The notes under the pieces: model-generated
What the model saw: only the letters and a program-made list of their open reading frames with translations
Told to the model about the DNA's origin: nothing
The model's database searches: none
Made by a program: the position numbers and the translations under genes
DNA from: an archaeon
GTDB lineage: Archaea > Iainarchaeota > Iainarchaeia > Iainarchaeales > CSSED10-239
Assembly (NCBI GenBank): GCA_035400625.1
Contig: DAOMZT010000001.1
Span: 90,001-122,000 of the forward strand
Direction of reading: 5' to 3'
Length of the DNA stretch: 32,000 bases
Shown: one piece after another, positions 31,484 to 32,000 of the stretch
Position numbering within the stretch: the stretch's first letter is position 1
Layout of the letters: every line of letters begins with the position of its first letter

Positions 31484-32000
31484 ATGATCAAAGAACTTTA
31501 TTCTCAAATGCTAAAATATAATTTTAAACCTAGTCATAACTTGGATCAAAATTATATTGTTGATGACAAAGTGATTGAAAAGGTTATAGATTTACTAGAT
31601 ATCAAGAAAACAGATGTAATCTTAGAAGTCGGACCAGGAACTGGCTTTCTTACAAAACAAATACTATTAAAGGCAAAGCAAGTAATTGCTATAGAAAAAG
31701 ACAAAAAGATGTTTGAGATTTTAATGCAAGAATTTAAATCAGAAATTGAAAACAAAAAACTGCTTTTAATAAATTCTGATATTCTAAAAATAAACTTTTC
31801 AGATTATAAGTTTAATAAGATTGCAACCTTCTTGCCATATTCAATATCTCTTCTTTTTACTGAAAAAATACTTGATTGTAATTGCTTGATTGTTGAGATT
31901 GTTCAAAGGGAATTTGCAGAAAAGCTAGTTTCAATCCCTGGTTTTATTAATTACAATGCAATTTCTGTTCTTGCTCAAAGCTATTATGATATAGAAATTA
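31484..32000 (+). CDS. ksgA: 16S rRNA (adenine-N6,N6)-dimethyltransferase KsgA/RsmA (Dim1), 5' part; runs off the window
   Basis: Own translation gives MIKELYSQMLKYNFKPSHNLDQNYIVDDKVIEKVIDLLDIKKTDVILEVGPGTGFLTKQIL...VIAIEKDKKM. It has the LGQNFL-type and E.G.G.G SAM motifs. There is no stop in the window. Confidence 0.88.
   Translation, partial: MIKELYSQMLKYNFKPSHNLDQNYIVDDKVIEKVIDLLDIKKTDVILEVGPGTGFLTKQILLKAKQVIAIEKDKKMFEILMQEFKSEIENKKLLLINSDILKINFSDYKFNKIATFLPYSISLLFTEKILDCNCLIVEIVQREFAEKLVSIPGFINYNAISVLAQSYYDIEI

Noticed and set aside
1-32000. CRISPR arrays, tRNA genes, transposases/integrases, and inteins in polB.
   Set aside because: No regularly spaced direct repeats were seen in any intergenic region. 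No cloverleaf or T-loop (GTTCGAAT-like) candidates exist outside the 5S gene. No recombinase-like ORFs are present. PolB is 817 aa with contiguous YGDTDS and motif-B regions, so it has no intein.

Overview
This is a visibly AT-rich, very tightly packed archaeal chromosome segment. Genes commonly overlap by 1-4 nt, and convergent genes abut or share stop codons. Archaeal core genes are unambiguous. They include TBP, family-B DNA polymerase, the FtsZ-SecE-Spt5-L11 block, the L21e-Rpo4-DUF655-KsgA block, Sec61beta, MetAP, AglB and AglH, an Nre repair protein, an eIF-2B-family protein, and a solitary 5S rRNA. A rubrerythrin/desulfoferrodoxin pair points to an anaerobe. The compaction, unlinked 5S and broken ribosomal operon fit a reduced-genome (DPANN-like) archaeon, but that lineage call is inference only. 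Between the core genes lie several accessory, cell-surface-oriented regions. (1) At 840-9640, nine co-directional orphan genes end in a FlaI/VirB11-type secretion ATPase. They comprise two coiled-coil proteins, three large N-anchored Asn-rich extracellular proteins and two small pilin-like proteins, with no platform protein or prepilin peptidase in the window. This is the best candidate for an undescribed surface-filament or attachment system. (2) At 20686-23107, two tandem proteins carry archaeal class III (pilin) signal peptides and a shared N-terminal module, fused to different bacterial-style adhesin domains (GLUG repeats; chitobiase/hexosaminidase C-terminal-like). (3) A RelE-like toxin-antitoxin pair with a palindromic operator candidate sits between the eIF-2B-like gene and polB. 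(4) At 27904-29500, a kinase-fold-like and an acyltransferase-like pair both carry very basic N-terminal tails. I found no CRISPR array, tRNA, transposase, integrase or reverse transcriptase. All domain calls come from reading motifs by eye, and no database search was run.
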